A stretch of DNA of 64,000 nucleotides from an uncultured Elusimicrobium sp. (GCA_902766765.1 CACXER010000017.1:3-64002), one strand, 5' to 3'. Shown: positions 18,080 to 27,706, numbered from the stretch's first letter. The notes: generated by a model from the sequence alone, not told the origin. Numbers and translations are program-made.

Positions 18080-19852
18080 ATGATTAAACTGTCCGATTAC
18101 TTAGTTAAAAAACTGGAAAAATACGGCGTGCGTCACGTGTTCATGGTTACCGGTGGCGGCGCCATGCACTTGGACGATAGTTTCGGCCAGAGCAAAAAAA
18201 TCACACGTATTTTTAACCACCACGAGCAGGGTTCTGCCTTGGCCGCCGAGGGATACGCCCGTACCCACCAACAATTAGCCGTCGCGTGCGTAACAACGGG
18301 ACCGGGGGGGCTCAACTGTTTAAACGGAGTTTTCGGGGCGTGGACGGACAGCGCACCTATCTTGTTTATTTCCGGTCAGGTTAAATTTTCTACGACGATG
18401 GCCTCGTGTCCGCAAGTTCCTTTGCGGCAGTTGGGCGACCAAGAAGTGGATATCGTCCGCGTCGTAAAACCGCTTACCAAATACGCTAAAATGGTAACGG
18501 ACCCCTATGAGATTGACGCCGTCTTAGACGAAGCCATTTATCACGCCACCACGGGCCGCCCGGGCCCGGTATGGGTGGACGTACCGATAAATATCCAAGC
18601 CGCGCCGATTGACCCTAAAAAATTAAAAAAATTCCGCACACCTAAACCAAAAGCCGTTTCCGTGGAAAAAGCCCTTACCAAGGCGGCGGCTCTGTTGCAA
18701 AAAGCCAAACGGCCGCTTATTGTGGCCGGGCATGGCGTTCGCATTAGCGGCACGCTGGAAGTGCTGGAAAAATTACTGACCCAAACAAAACTCCCCGTCG
18801 TAACTACATTTAACGGAATTGACATTGTGCCGTCCGCACATGCTCAATTTGTGGGCCGCATCGGCACCGTGGGACAACGCGCCGGAAATTTTGCCTTGCA
18901 AAATGCCGATGTGATTTTGTTTTTGGGAACGCGCAATAATATCCGCCAAGTCAGTTATAACTGGGAAAACTTTGCCAAAAACGCGAAAAAAATTATCGTA
19001 GACATTGACCCCGCCGAACTAAAAAAACCGACGGTAAAGCCAGATTTGCCCATTTGCGGCGATTTAAAACAGGTCTTGCCGCTACTGGTTAAAAAACTTA
19101 AAAAACCGTTGGGAAGTAACGGCTGGCTCAAACATTGCCAACAATTGCGCGCCAAATATCCGCCGCTGCGCGAATTTGACATCAAACCCGCGGACAAAAT
19201 CCATCCGTATTATTTTATGGAACGGTTAGGGAAACTCTTACCCAAAGACGGTGTGCTGGTGGCCTCCAACGGTACAGCCTGCGTCACACTGTTTCAGGCG
19301 TGCGAATCCAAAAAAGGCCAGCGGTTATTTCTGAACTCCGGCGATGCGTCTATGGGCTATGGTTTACCCGCCGCTATCGGTGCCTGCGCGGCCAGCGGAA
19401 AAGACACCATGTGCATAGAAGGCGACGGAAGTATTATGATGAATTTGCAGGAATTGCAAACCGTTAAAACCAACAACTTGCCGATTAAAATATTTGTGAT
19501 TAAAAACGGCGAATATATTTCCATTATTCAAACTCAGCGCAACTTTTTCAACGGACGCTTGACAGGTTGTAATGCCCAAAGCGGCGTGGAAGTGCCGGAC
19601 TTTGTAAAAGTGGCCCAATCGTTTGGGTTACCCGCAGTACGCCTGAACAAAAACCGCGACTTGGAAAAGGGCCTTAAAAAAGTGCTTGCCATGCGCGGGC
19701 CCGTGGTGTGTGAGTTGGATTGTACGCCCAACTATACGTTTGCACCGAAACTCTCCGCGCGCAAATTACCCGACGGAACCATGGTTAGCCCCACGCTAGA
19801 AGACATGTTCCCGTTCTTGGATAGAAAAGAATTTGAGGAGAATAAATTATGA
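18080..19852 (+). CDS. ThDP-dependent acetolactate-synthase-like enzyme (YerE-like sugar C-branching enzyme)
   Basis: VTGGGAMHLDDS, HHEQ, TTGPGG, LRQLGDQE, GRPGPVWVDVP, SMGYGLPAAIG and ThDP motif GDGS...N. Sits inside a CDP-dideoxyhexose locus. Confidence 0.88.
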   Translation: MIKLSDYLVKKLEKYGVRHVFMVTGGGAMHLDDSFGQSKKITRIFNHHEQGSALAAEGYARTHQQLAVACVTTGPGGLNCLNGVFGAWTDSAPILFISGQVKFSTTMASCPQVPLRQLGDQEVDIVRVVKPLTKYAKMVTDPYEIDAVLDEAIYHATTGRPGPVWVDVPINIQAAPIDPKKLKKFRTPKPKAVSVEKALTKAAALLQKAKRPLIVAGHGVRISGTLEVLEKLLTQTKLPVVTTFNGIDIVPSAHAQFVGRIGTVGQRAGNFALQNADVILFLGTRNNIRQVSYNWENFAKNAKKIIVDIDPAELKKPTVKPDLPICGDLKQVLPLLVKKLKKPLGSNGWLKHCQQLRAKYPPLREFDIKPADKIHPYYFMERLGKLLPKDGVLVASNGTACVTLFQACESKKGQRLFLNSGDASMGYGLPAAIGACAASGKDTMCIEGDGSIMMNLQELQTVKTNNLPIKIFVIKNGEYISIIQTQRNFFNGRLTGCNAQSGVEVPDFVKVAQSFGLPAVRLNKNRDLEKGLKKVLAMRGPVVCELDCTPNYTFAPKLSARKLPDGTMVSPTLEDMFPFLDRKEFEENKL

Positions 19853-20712
19853 GTACTCTTCTTATTACCGGAGCAAGCGGCTATTTAGGTTCGCGTGTTA
19901 CCAAGCAGTTGCTTGCCAAAGGGCACACGGTTTTGGCTTTGACGCGTGACGAACACGACGTTCCAAAAGCACACAAAAACCTTAAAATATGCCCTCTTGA
20001 TAAAATAACGCCGCAAGATGTTTTTGCTCAAAATAAAATAGACGGTATTTTTCATTTTGCCACGTGTTATGGCAGGAGTGAACAAACAGCGGCTTACATC
20101 GCGCAAGTTAATTTACTCTTGCCGCTTACACTGCTGAGTTTGGCAGTCAAACAAGGAGTTCAATTTTTTATCAATACGGACACTATTTTACAGCCGAATA
20201 TCAATCCGTATTCGCTTACCAAAAACCAATTTTCACAATGGCTTGCGTTTTATGCAGACAAAATTCAAGCAATTAATATGAGGTTGGACCATTTTTACGG
20301 GCCCCATGACCACCCCGTAAAATTTATTGCATGGCTTATTAAAAATTTTAAAGAAAACGTAGATCACATTGACTTGACCGAAGGAGCCCAAACACGTGAT
20401 TTTGTCTATATCGATGATGTTGTAGCAGCATATATGTGTGTGTTTGAATCCCTTGACAAATTGCCGAAAGGGAAATTGAATAATTTTGAAGTAGGTTCCG
20501 GCGTAAAAACCAGCATTAAAGCCATGGTATTACAACTCCAAAAATTGATGCACAAAGAAAATGTAAAACTGAATTTTGGGGCTGTTCCTTATCGCAAAAA
20601 TGAAATGTTAGCGTACACGGTAGATATTTCCGCGTTGGAAGGCTTGGGATGGAAGGCCAAAGTTGTTTTACAAGAAGGATTACAAAAAATCATCACGGAG
20701 GAAAAATTATGA
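19849..20712 (+). CDS. CDP-3,6-dideoxyhexose 4-ketoreductase (paratose/abequose synthase, RfbS/RfbJ-like)
   Basis: ITGASGYLG, HFATCYGR, FINTDT, YSLTK, RLDHFYGP, LTEGAQTRDFVYIDDVV and FGAVPYR.NE. Confidence 0.8.
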   Translation: MSTLLITGASGYLGSRVTKQLLAKGHTVLALTRDEHDVPKAHKNLKICPLDKITPQDVFAQNKIDGIFHFATCYGRSEQTAAYIAQVNLLLPLTLLSLAVKQGVQFFINTDTILQPNINPYSLTKNQFSQWLAFYADKIQAINMRLDHFYGPHDHPVKFIAWLIKNFKENVDHIDLTEGAQTRDFVYIDDVVAAYMCVFESLDKLPKGKLNNFEVGSGVKTSIKAMVLQLQKLMHKENVKLNFGAVPYRKNEMLAYTVDISALEGLGWKAKVVLQEGLQKIITEEKL

Positions 20713-21734
20713 AATATTTAATTACCGGCGGTTGTGGTTTTTTGGGCTCTAACATTGCAGCCCGCATTTTGAAGGAAAACTTGGGTGAAGTGCTACTTCT
20801 GGATAATCTTTCCCGCGTCGGAAGCGACCAAAATTATACTTGGCTTAAAACTCTGGGTAAATTCACGTTCGTCAAAGCCAACACTTACGATTTTGAGGAT
20901 GTATTAAAAACAATTAAAAATTTCCAACCGGATATTATTTTCCACTTTGCCGGACAAGTCGCCATGACGACTTCCATTGCCAATCCCCGTTTAGATTTCA
21001 ACACCAATGTGTTGGGCGCTTTTAACGTGTTAGAAGCAGTCCGTCAGGTTGCCCCCAAATGCGGTATCATTTTCTCCAGTACCAATAAAGTATATGGCGA
21101 TTTAGAGCAATATACTTACGAGGAGGGGGAAACCCGCTATAATTGCGTAGAATGCCCTAAAGGATTTACCGAAAACACCCAGTTGGAATTTCATTCGCCC
21201 TACGGTTGCTCTAAAGGAGCCGCGGACCAATATATGTTGGATTGGGCGCGCATTTTCGGCTTAAAAACAGCTGTTTTCCGCCATTCTTCCATGTATGGCA
21301 GCCGCCAATTTGGAACATTTGATCAGGGGTGGATTAGTTGGTTCTGCCAAAAAGCCGTAGAAACGGAAAAAAATCCGGCCAATACATTTACCATCGCTGG
21401 AAACGGCAAGCAGGTACGTGACGTTTTGCATGCGCAAGACATGGCTGATTTATATTTGGCGGCCGCTAAAAACATTGAAAAAATTAAAGGGCAAGCCTTT
21501 AATATCGGCGGCGGAATTGAGAACAGTTTGTCACTCTTAGAATTATTTGCACTACTTGAAAAAATGTTGGGCATCAAACTAAATTACACCAAACTGGCCC
21601 CGCGTCAAAGCGACCAAAAATTCTTCGTGGCCGACATTACAAAGGCCACCCAACTTTTAGGATGGAAACCGCGCGTAAGCAAAGAAGATGGCATTGCCGA
21701 GATGGTAGCGTGGATTAAAGAAATGCAGAAATAA
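20709..21734 (+). CDS. rfbE: CDP-paratose 2-epimerase (CDP-tyvelose synthesis)
   Basis: LITGGCGFLGSN, AGQVAMTTSI, SSTNKVYGDL, SPYGCSKGAADQY, FRHSSMYG, DQGW and GNGKQVRDVLH. Confidence 0.88.
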   Translation: MKYLITGGCGFLGSNIAARILKENLGEVLLLDNLSRVGSDQNYTWLKTLGKFTFVKANTYDFEDVLKTIKNFQPDIIFHFAGQVAMTTSIANPRLDFNTNVLGAFNVLEAVRQVAPKCGIIFSSTNKVYGDLEQYTYEEGETRYNCVECPKGFTENTQLEFHSPYGCSKGAADQYMLDWARIFGLKTAVFRHSSMYGSRQFGTFDQGWISWFCQKAVETEKNPANTFTIAGNGKQVRDVLHAQDMADLYLAAAKNIEKIKGQAFNIGGGIENSLSLLELFALLEKMLGIKLNYTKLAPRQSDQKFFVADITKATQLLGWKPRVSKEDGIAEMVAWIKEMQK

Positions 21735-21744
21735 GGAAAAACCA

Positions 21745-23073
21745 ATGAATAAAGAATTTTTTTATAAACAAATTGATGCCTTGGAAAAACTGCACCCTGA
21801 CATTAACGAAATGGCATTGGCAAGACACATGAATTCGGTTTTTGTAAATTTACAAGCCGATCCATTTCAGTTAAGAGAACGAAAAAATAACAAAAAAATT
21901 CTTTCCGTTGAAGTGGGTTACGGACATGATGTCATCCGGCCCAGTTTATATAAATATTTCCGAGGACTCGGCTATGAAGTGGATTTTTTATTGTGCGGAA
22001 ATAAACCGGAAGACCGATGGAATTTTTTTCACCGAATTAAAGATTACAAAGCACGGGAACTTATCGGGAATGAGGCTTTTATCGCGGCGGTATTATCGTT
22101 GCCTGTTATGGAAGAATACGACTATATCTTTCTAAATTCCAACTTTGTTTATAATCAAAATCGCTTTGATTCTAATTTGGATTATAAGAAATTTATGAGA
22201 GCACTCGGTTTGAAAGATCGCTGTAAACATGGCTTCTTAACGATACCGCCGCATCCGGCCTATTATGAGAATACCGATACCAATCTCCGACACTTTACCC
22301 ATTTGGGCACCAAACATACGCCTATGCTAAGCGTTTCGTACTTTGGAGATGTTAAGATAACTCCCAAATCAGATAAAAATATTTTCTTAGTAACTGGTAA
22401 TATCAATCATGATCAGAAAAATCACGACATGGTTTTTGAGGCCGTCCGGCAATTACTTGACGAAGGAGTAACTAATTTTGAACTTTGGATAAACGGAATG
22501 CTCATGAACGAACTTGTCATTCCGCCCGCACTAAAGGAACATATTAAATATTTGGGTGAAAATAAACCGGAAACGCTTTTCCCGATTTTAGAACAAGCTG
22601 ATTTTATTATTGCCGGTTTGGATAGTACACAGCAGTGGCAAAGAAATAGTTACGCCCAAGGTACCTGTTCGGTGGGACTGATGTATTCAATGGGTTTTGG
22701 AAAAGTATATATTCTTGAAGATATGTTTGCCAGCGCATTTGGTTTAAATGACCAACAAGCCATCATCTATTCCAAAGGCATGTTAGCAAGCGCAATGAAA
22801 AAGGCCATTGCGTTATCGACAGTAGATTACGCCTCTATCCAAGGCCAAATTTTACAAGAAGCAGCCCGGCGAGAGGAACGTTCCTTCAAAGATATTGAAC
22901 AAACACTTAAAGAGTTAAAACGTGTTTACCGCAAGAGTGTAAACTCGGGGTTTATCTGGGATTTAATAAATAAACTCAATTACCTCCGCTTGAAAATTTG
23001 TTATTTTATCTTCAAAAACAGACGCGAACACTATGCGGAAAAATTAAAAAAATATACTAAAATTTTCCTATGA
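21745..23073 (+). CDS. Hypothetical protein in the glycan locus, possibly a divergent GT-B glycosyltransferase
   Basis: AT-rich 442-aa ORF. The C-terminal half has a GT-B-like pattern (KNHDMVFEAVRQL...IKYLG...EQADFII); no clear family motif. Confidence 0.45.
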   Translation: MNKEFFYKQIDALEKLHPDINEMALARHMNSVFVNLQADPFQLRERKNNKKILSVEVGYGHDVIRPSLYKYFRGLGYEVDFLLCGNKPEDRWNFFHRIKDYKARELIGNEAFIAAVLSLPVMEEYDYIFLNSNFVYNQNRFDSNLDYKKFMRALGLKDRCKHGFLTIPPHPAYYENTDTNLRHFTHLGTKHTPMLSVSYFGDVKITPKSDKNIFLVTGNINHDQKNHDMVFEAVRQLLDEGVTNFELWINGMLMNELVIPPALKEHIKYLGENKPETLFPILEQADFIIAGLDSTQQWQRNSYAQGTCSVGLMYSMGFGKVYILEDMFASAFGLNDQQAIIYSKGMLASAMKKAIALSTVDYASIQGQILQEAARREERSFKDIEQTLKELKRVYRKSVNSGFIWDLINKLNYLRLKICYFIFKNRREHYAEKLKKYTKIFL

Positions 23074-23127
23074 TAAATAATTATTTGTGCCTGCTTCTAA
23101 ATCAAGCAAACTGCAATTGTTAAAAAT

Positions 23128-23370
23128 ATGTCTATACCAAAACACATTACACTATCAGATATTCAATTTTTTGTGGCTACGCACAACAGGGCTGGCTTAT
23201 TGAAAACAACCCTGGAAAGTTTACTATCCCAAACCGCAGGGATTCCCCAAATTATAGCCCTTGATTTTGCTAGCGTAAAAGACATGGCCCAACAACTATT
23301 CAAATTGGATGCATCAAAACAAAAATTTGGCCCAAAAACAAGAAAAATAACTTCAACGGAAATATGCTAG
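23128..23370 (+). pseudogene. Truncated GT2 glycosyltransferase remnant
   Basis: The first ~45 aa are a GT2 N-terminus (FFVATHNRAGLLKTTLESLLSQT..PQIIALD); the ORF then becomes unrecognisable and stops at 80 aa with no DxD motif. Confidence 0.65.
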
Positions 23371-23441
23371 AATAAGGAATACAATTTCCCGAACAAACCC
23401 CCGGGGTATTGTGTCAGGAAATTCCCTAACAGGAGATAACT

Positions 23442-24503
23442 GTGAACCCAATTATAGAAAGTGATTTCTCTTCTATTCTTGCTGACAATAGTATCTCTTG
23501 GTCAGAGTTCGCGGGGAGAACGGTAGTCATTTCCGGCGCGGCGGGATTTTTGCCTTTCTACATGGCAGGGACGTTGCTTTTTCTCAATAAAACCCAAAAA
23601 TTGAATAAACCCGTCCGCGTGATTGCCTTAGTGCGCAACCTGGAAAAAGCGCACAAAAAATTCCACGATTTTTTAGACGATAAAAATTTAATCTTTGTAA
23701 AAAGCGATTTATCTTCGCCCATTACCATTGATGGGGACGTAGATTATATCGTGCATGCCGCCGGCCATGCCAGTCCCAAACTGTTTTTTACCGACCCGGT
23801 AGGCACCATCAAAGCCAACACCGCAGGAATCATTCATTTGTTAGATTTAGCGGTTAAAAAGAAAGTAAAAAGTTTTCTCTATTTTTCCACCGGGGAAGTA
23901 AACGGCAACATTTTTGACGCGTTGGATAACGTCACCGAAAACGACTACGGCGTTGTTGACCCGCTTGCCGTGCGGAGTTGCTATGCCGAATCCAAACGCA
24001 TGGGCGAAAACTTATGCGTCGCGTATGCGCACCAATACGGTTTAAACACCAAAATCGTCCGGCCGTCACATACGTACGGACCGGGATTTGCCCTAGACGA
24101 CGGACGCGTCTTTGCCGCCTTTGTTTCAGATGTATTGACGGACAAAGACATTGTCCTCAAAAGTGACGGCAAAGCCAACCGCTGTTTTCTTTACCTAACC
24201 GATGCTACACGGGGTTATTTTACCGTATTGTTAAAAGGCACCTCCGCTAACGCGTATAACGTGTCAAACGATTATGAAATTCCCATTTTGGAACTGGCGC
24301 AACTTATTTTAGAAGTTTCCGGAAAGAAAAATTTAAAGGTATGTTTTGACGTGGCTATCTCGCCCAGCGCCACAAACAAACATGCCCGTATGGATAACAG
24401 CAAATTAAAAGCCCTGGGCTGGAAACCTACAATTAAAGAGCGCGAAGGTTTTGCGCGGGTGATTTCCTATTTTCAGAAGGAAAATTATGACCTTGCAAGA
24501 TAA
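23442..24503 (+). CDS. NAD-dependent nucleotide-sugar epimerase/reductase (UXS-like extended SDR)
   Basis: ISGAAGFL, HAAGHASP, FSTGEV, RSCYAESKRMGE, HTYGPG and DDGRVFA.F. GTG start with AGGAG RBS. Confidence 0.85.
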   Translation: MNPIIESDFSSILADNSISWSEFAGRTVVISGAAGFLPFYMAGTLLFLNKTQKLNKPVRVIALVRNLEKAHKKFHDFLDDKNLIFVKSDLSSPITIDGDVDYIVHAAGHASPKLFFTDPVGTIKANTAGIIHLLDLAVKKKVKSFLYFSTGEVNGNIFDALDNVTENDYGVVDPLAVRSCYAESKRMGENLCVAYAHQYGLNTKIVRPSHTYGPGFALDDGRVFAAFVSDVLTDKDIVLKSDGKANRCFLYLTDATRGYFTVLLKGTSANAYNVSNDYEIPILELAQLILEVSGKKNLKVCFDVAISPSATNKHARMDNSKLKALGWKPTIKEREGFARVISYFQKENYDLAR

Positions 24504-25572
24504 ACTTCAAATTGTACTCATTACCTATAACAGAAAAAAATACCTGAAACGGACGCTGGATGAAATTTTGGCGGAGGGTTCTCCCATCCGGGATTTTAGT
24601 ATAACTATTTTGGATAATGCTTCAACGGATGGCACTTCCGAACTGATTGATGAATATTGTACAAAATTTCCGAACATTACCCATATCAGACATAAAATCA
24701 ATATAGGCGGGTGTGCCAATGTTTGCCGGGGTTATGAATACGGTGTCAGTTCCGGTAAAGAATATGTATGGGTACTTTGTGATGATGACCGGTATGATTT
24801 TTCAAACTGGAAAGCCGTTGAAGATTTGGTAAATAAAAAGACAGACATCATTTGTGTCTCAAATTACTCCTTCCCGACAGAAAAAGACCAACAGGACCTC
24901 AAGTACCAATTATTTCAACTTACGTTTGTACCGGCCTTGATTTGCCGTGCGGAACTGATAACCGATAATGTAATGATGAACATGTATAACGGCATTTACA
25001 CCATGTTCCAATCGCCCTGCATTGTGATTAGTGCCATCAATAAAAAAAAGCAAATAAAAGTTCTTTCGCAACCTATTGTGTTCAACGGGTTCCAATCCGA
25101 CGATGCGTGTACAGACGTTTCGTACACCCGGGGCCTCAAAAAAGGAGAATCCATTCTGGATCGCACAAAAAACAACCAATGGGTTTTAGGTTACGCCAAT
25201 ATACTATCACTTCTTAATAACAAAAGTATTATGACCGAATGTCTTGAAACAGCCATTGTGTATAAAGATATTTGTAATTCCTGGAAAAATTTTTATGATT
25301 GTTTAGGAGTACAATTGGGCGGTAAAGACAGATTTAATTATTTTTATGAAGTGTATCATTTATTATCGGATGCCCGCAAACGTGAAATCAATGCCCGGTA
25401 TGCCTCCGCCATTCAACTATGGCTGAAACAAGCAGGATTCCCTGTTCGGATGACGCTATCTATGAGAGCGTCTTCTATTCAAATGGGATTTAAACGGATC
25501 AAACTATTTGTTAAAATCAAGACAGCGGCATTAAAAGATCGTATAAGGATTTACCTAAAAAGAAAAAAGTGA
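24487..25572 (+). CDS. GT2 glycosyltransferase (RfbV/dideoxyhexosyltransferase-like)
   Basis: LITYNR, LDNASTDGT, NIGG and YVWVLCDDD. Confidence 0.85.
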   Translation: MTLQDKLQIVLITYNRKKYLKRTLDEILAEGSPIRDFSITILDNASTDGTSELIDEYCTKFPNITHIRHKINIGGCANVCRGYEYGVSSGKEYVWVLCDDDRYDFSNWKAVEDLVNKKTDIICVSNYSFPTEKDQQDLKYQLFQLTFVPALICRAELITDNVMMNMYNGIYTMFQSPCIVISAINKKKQIKVLSQPIVFNGFQSDDACTDVSYTRGLKKGESILDRTKNNQWVLGYANILSLLNNKSIMTECLETAIVYKDICNSWKNFYDCLGVQLGGKDRFNYFYEVYHLLSDARKREINARYASAIQLWLKQAGFPVRMTLSMRASSIQMGFKRIKLFVKIKTAALKDRIRIYLKRKK

Positions 25573-25582
25573 GGTGTCATAT

Positions 25583-26755
25583 ATGACAAATTCATCTGCT
25601 CCTCTCGTTTCAATTATTACGTCTTATTACAACGACCAAGAATTTTTGGCCGATGCTATTTCGTCCGTTTTGGCACAAACCTATACAAATTTTGAATATA
25701 TTCTAGTTAATCATGCCTCTACGGACAATAGCCGGCAGATTGCCCACTCTTTCCACGATGCACGAATCAAACATATAGACTTACCCCGTAACTACGGGGC
25801 TTCCGGCAATATCCTTATCAAAAAAGCCATGGAAAAAGCTTCTTCCCAAGGACAATACATTAAACTGCTTTGTGCAGATGATTATTTGCTACCGGACAGT
25901 CTTGAAAAATTAGTCGCTGCAGCCCAGCAAACAAATGCCGATTTAGTGTTCGGAAATATTGCCTTTGTTTCCAAAAACAGGGATTTATTAAATAAAACGT
26001 GGTTTACCCACCGTTTCCCTGCTAACAAGCCCACCGCTGTATATGTAAAAGAGTTATTACAAGGTAATTCTTGCTTGCCCTACGCGGGTAACTTAATTAA
26101 GCGTACTGCCTTTGAAAAAATACCGTTAGACTATACCTGTGTTAATATAGCGGATATGAGTTTATGGGCGTGTTTACTTTTGCAGGGGGCTTCTCTTAAT
26201 TTTGTAGAAGATACCGTATGCCAGTACCGTATTCATTCCGGTAATTTATGCAGTTTTCGCAAGAAAAAAGTAATTGAAAAAAGAAATCTATTTGAACATG
26301 TACTTTTTATCAAGCAATGTATCCGCACGGCTAGCTCCGTAGCGATACTAAAGCAACTATTCCCAAAAGATCCTTTTGCTCAACAATTGCAAGACGAAGA
26401 CGGCTGTTTAGTCCCTTTTGTACTGGCCCGCATCTTACACGAACATGCGAATCTTCTGGCTTTCCGTTATGCAGCCAGGTTGGCTATCGCCGAGATATTA
26501 AATGATTATGCTTTACAACAAAAAATAGAAGAAAAATTCGGTTATTCCCTGCGTGATTTTAGGCAACGACTCATAGCCGAACCCTATCAAATTCTTCCTT
26601 TTTATGGTAAAAACAGAGATATGAAAACAGCCGGGTTAGGCAGTTTGTCCTATTTTTTCTTCCGCAAAATACTTCATATCCTTACATTACACGATTATAA
26701 AGAAAAGAAAAAACACGCCCCAGATCCTAAAAAACAAAGTTCGGATGTTGTATAA
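25583..26755 (+). CDS. GT2 glycosyltransferase
   Basis: PLVSIITSYYN, SVLAQTYTNFE, NHASTDNS, YIKLLCADD and YRIH. Confidence 0.88.
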   Translation: MTNSSAPLVSIITSYYNDQEFLADAISSVLAQTYTNFEYILVNHASTDNSRQIAHSFHDARIKHIDLPRNYGASGNILIKKAMEKASSQGQYIKLLCADDYLLPDSLEKLVAAAQQTNADLVFGNIAFVSKNRDLLNKTWFTHRFPANKPTAVYVKELLQGNSCLPYAGNLIKRTAFEKIPLDYTCVNIADMSLWACLLLQGASLNFVEDTVCQYRIHSGNLCSFRKKKVIEKRNLFEHVLFIKQCIRTASSVAILKQLFPKDPFAQQLQDEDGCLVPFVLARILHEHANLLAFRYAARLAIAEILNDYALQQKIEEKFGYSLRDFRQRLIAEPYQILPFYGKNRDMKTAGLGSLSYFFFRKILHILTLHDYKEKKKHAPDPKKQSSDVV

Positions 26756-26763
26756 ATACGAAT

Positions 26764-27705
26764 ATGGAAATTTTTAAAACCGAAGAACAGTTAGAAATTC
26801 TTATCCCGACGTATAACCGTAAGCCGCATATCATGCGTACGCTGGCCCAACTGACCGCGCCCGATAGCCCCGTACGTGCATGTTCCATTACCGTATTGGA
26901 TAACGCATCCGAGGACGGCTCCAGTGAAGTAATTGCCGAATTTGCCGCTAAATATCCCAACGTCAAACACATCCGTCACGAAAAAAATATCGGCGGGAAC
27001 GCCAACATTACCCGCGCATATGAATTGGCACGCGCCCCGTATGTATGGGTCGTTTGCGACGATGATTCTTTCCGTTGGGAGGCGTGGGGGGAAATCCAAA
27101 CCGCGATGGAAACAAACCAGTATGATTTACTGCTTACCCGCAAAGATGATTTAAAAGGCACCAGCGACATTGCCCGCATTTTCCGTCAATGCACGTTCGT
27201 TCCGGCGGGAATTTACCGCACGTCTATTATCACGGGAGGCGTGCTGATAAATATGTACAACAATATCCCCAATATGTTCCCGCATTTGGCACTTATCAGC
27301 GAGATTTTAAACAGGCAAGGCCTTATCTTCTTGCCGCAAGGGGAAATTATGGCCGAGTGTACCTTTGACGTGGCAACCTCAGGGGATAAACATATTGGGC
27401 GTGGTGCTGAACAAACGTATCGTCCCGACGTAAGCAAGAATATGTTTTGGACGGTGGGTTTTCTTAATTCCATCCAACTCGTACAAGATAAAAAACTGCG
27501 TGCCTATATATGGGACCATGTGGGGAATCACGGATTTTTCGGCTATATCGTAGGCGCGTTCCGCAAAAACTATACCGAATACGGCGGATATGCACTCAAC
27601 GAGGCCTTCATCCGCAGCGGACTTGATTTTAAGCACCGCTTACAATTTGAGATAGCGTGTTTGTTTCTTAAAGTCACTTCTTTCTTTCATCGTAAGAAAA
27701 AATAA
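26764..27705 (+). CDS. GT2 glycosyltransferase, paralog of 24487..25572
   Basis: LIPTYNR, LDNASEDGS, NIGGNANI, YVWVVCDDD and TFVPA.I.R. Confidence 0.85.
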   Translation: MEIFKTEEQLEILIPTYNRKPHIMRTLAQLTAPDSPVRACSITVLDNASEDGSSEVIAEFAAKYPNVKHIRHEKNIGGNANITRAYELARAPYVWVVCDDDSFRWEAWGEIQTAMETNQYDLLLTRKDDLKGTSDIARIFRQCTFVPAGIYRTSIITGGVLINMYNNIPNMFPHLALISEILNRQGLIFLPQGEIMAECTFDVATSGDKHIGRGAEQTYRPDVSKNMFWTVGFLNSIQLVQDKKLRAYIWDHVGNHGFFGYIVGAFRKNYTEYGGYALNEAFIRSGLDFKHRLQFEIACLFLKVTSFFHRKKK

Positions 27706-27706
27706 T

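Noticed and set aside
18080-19852. Annotation as ilvB (branched-chain amino acid synthesis)
   Set aside because: No ilvN/ilvC/ilvD is adjacent, and the context matches YerE-like sugar-branching enzymes.
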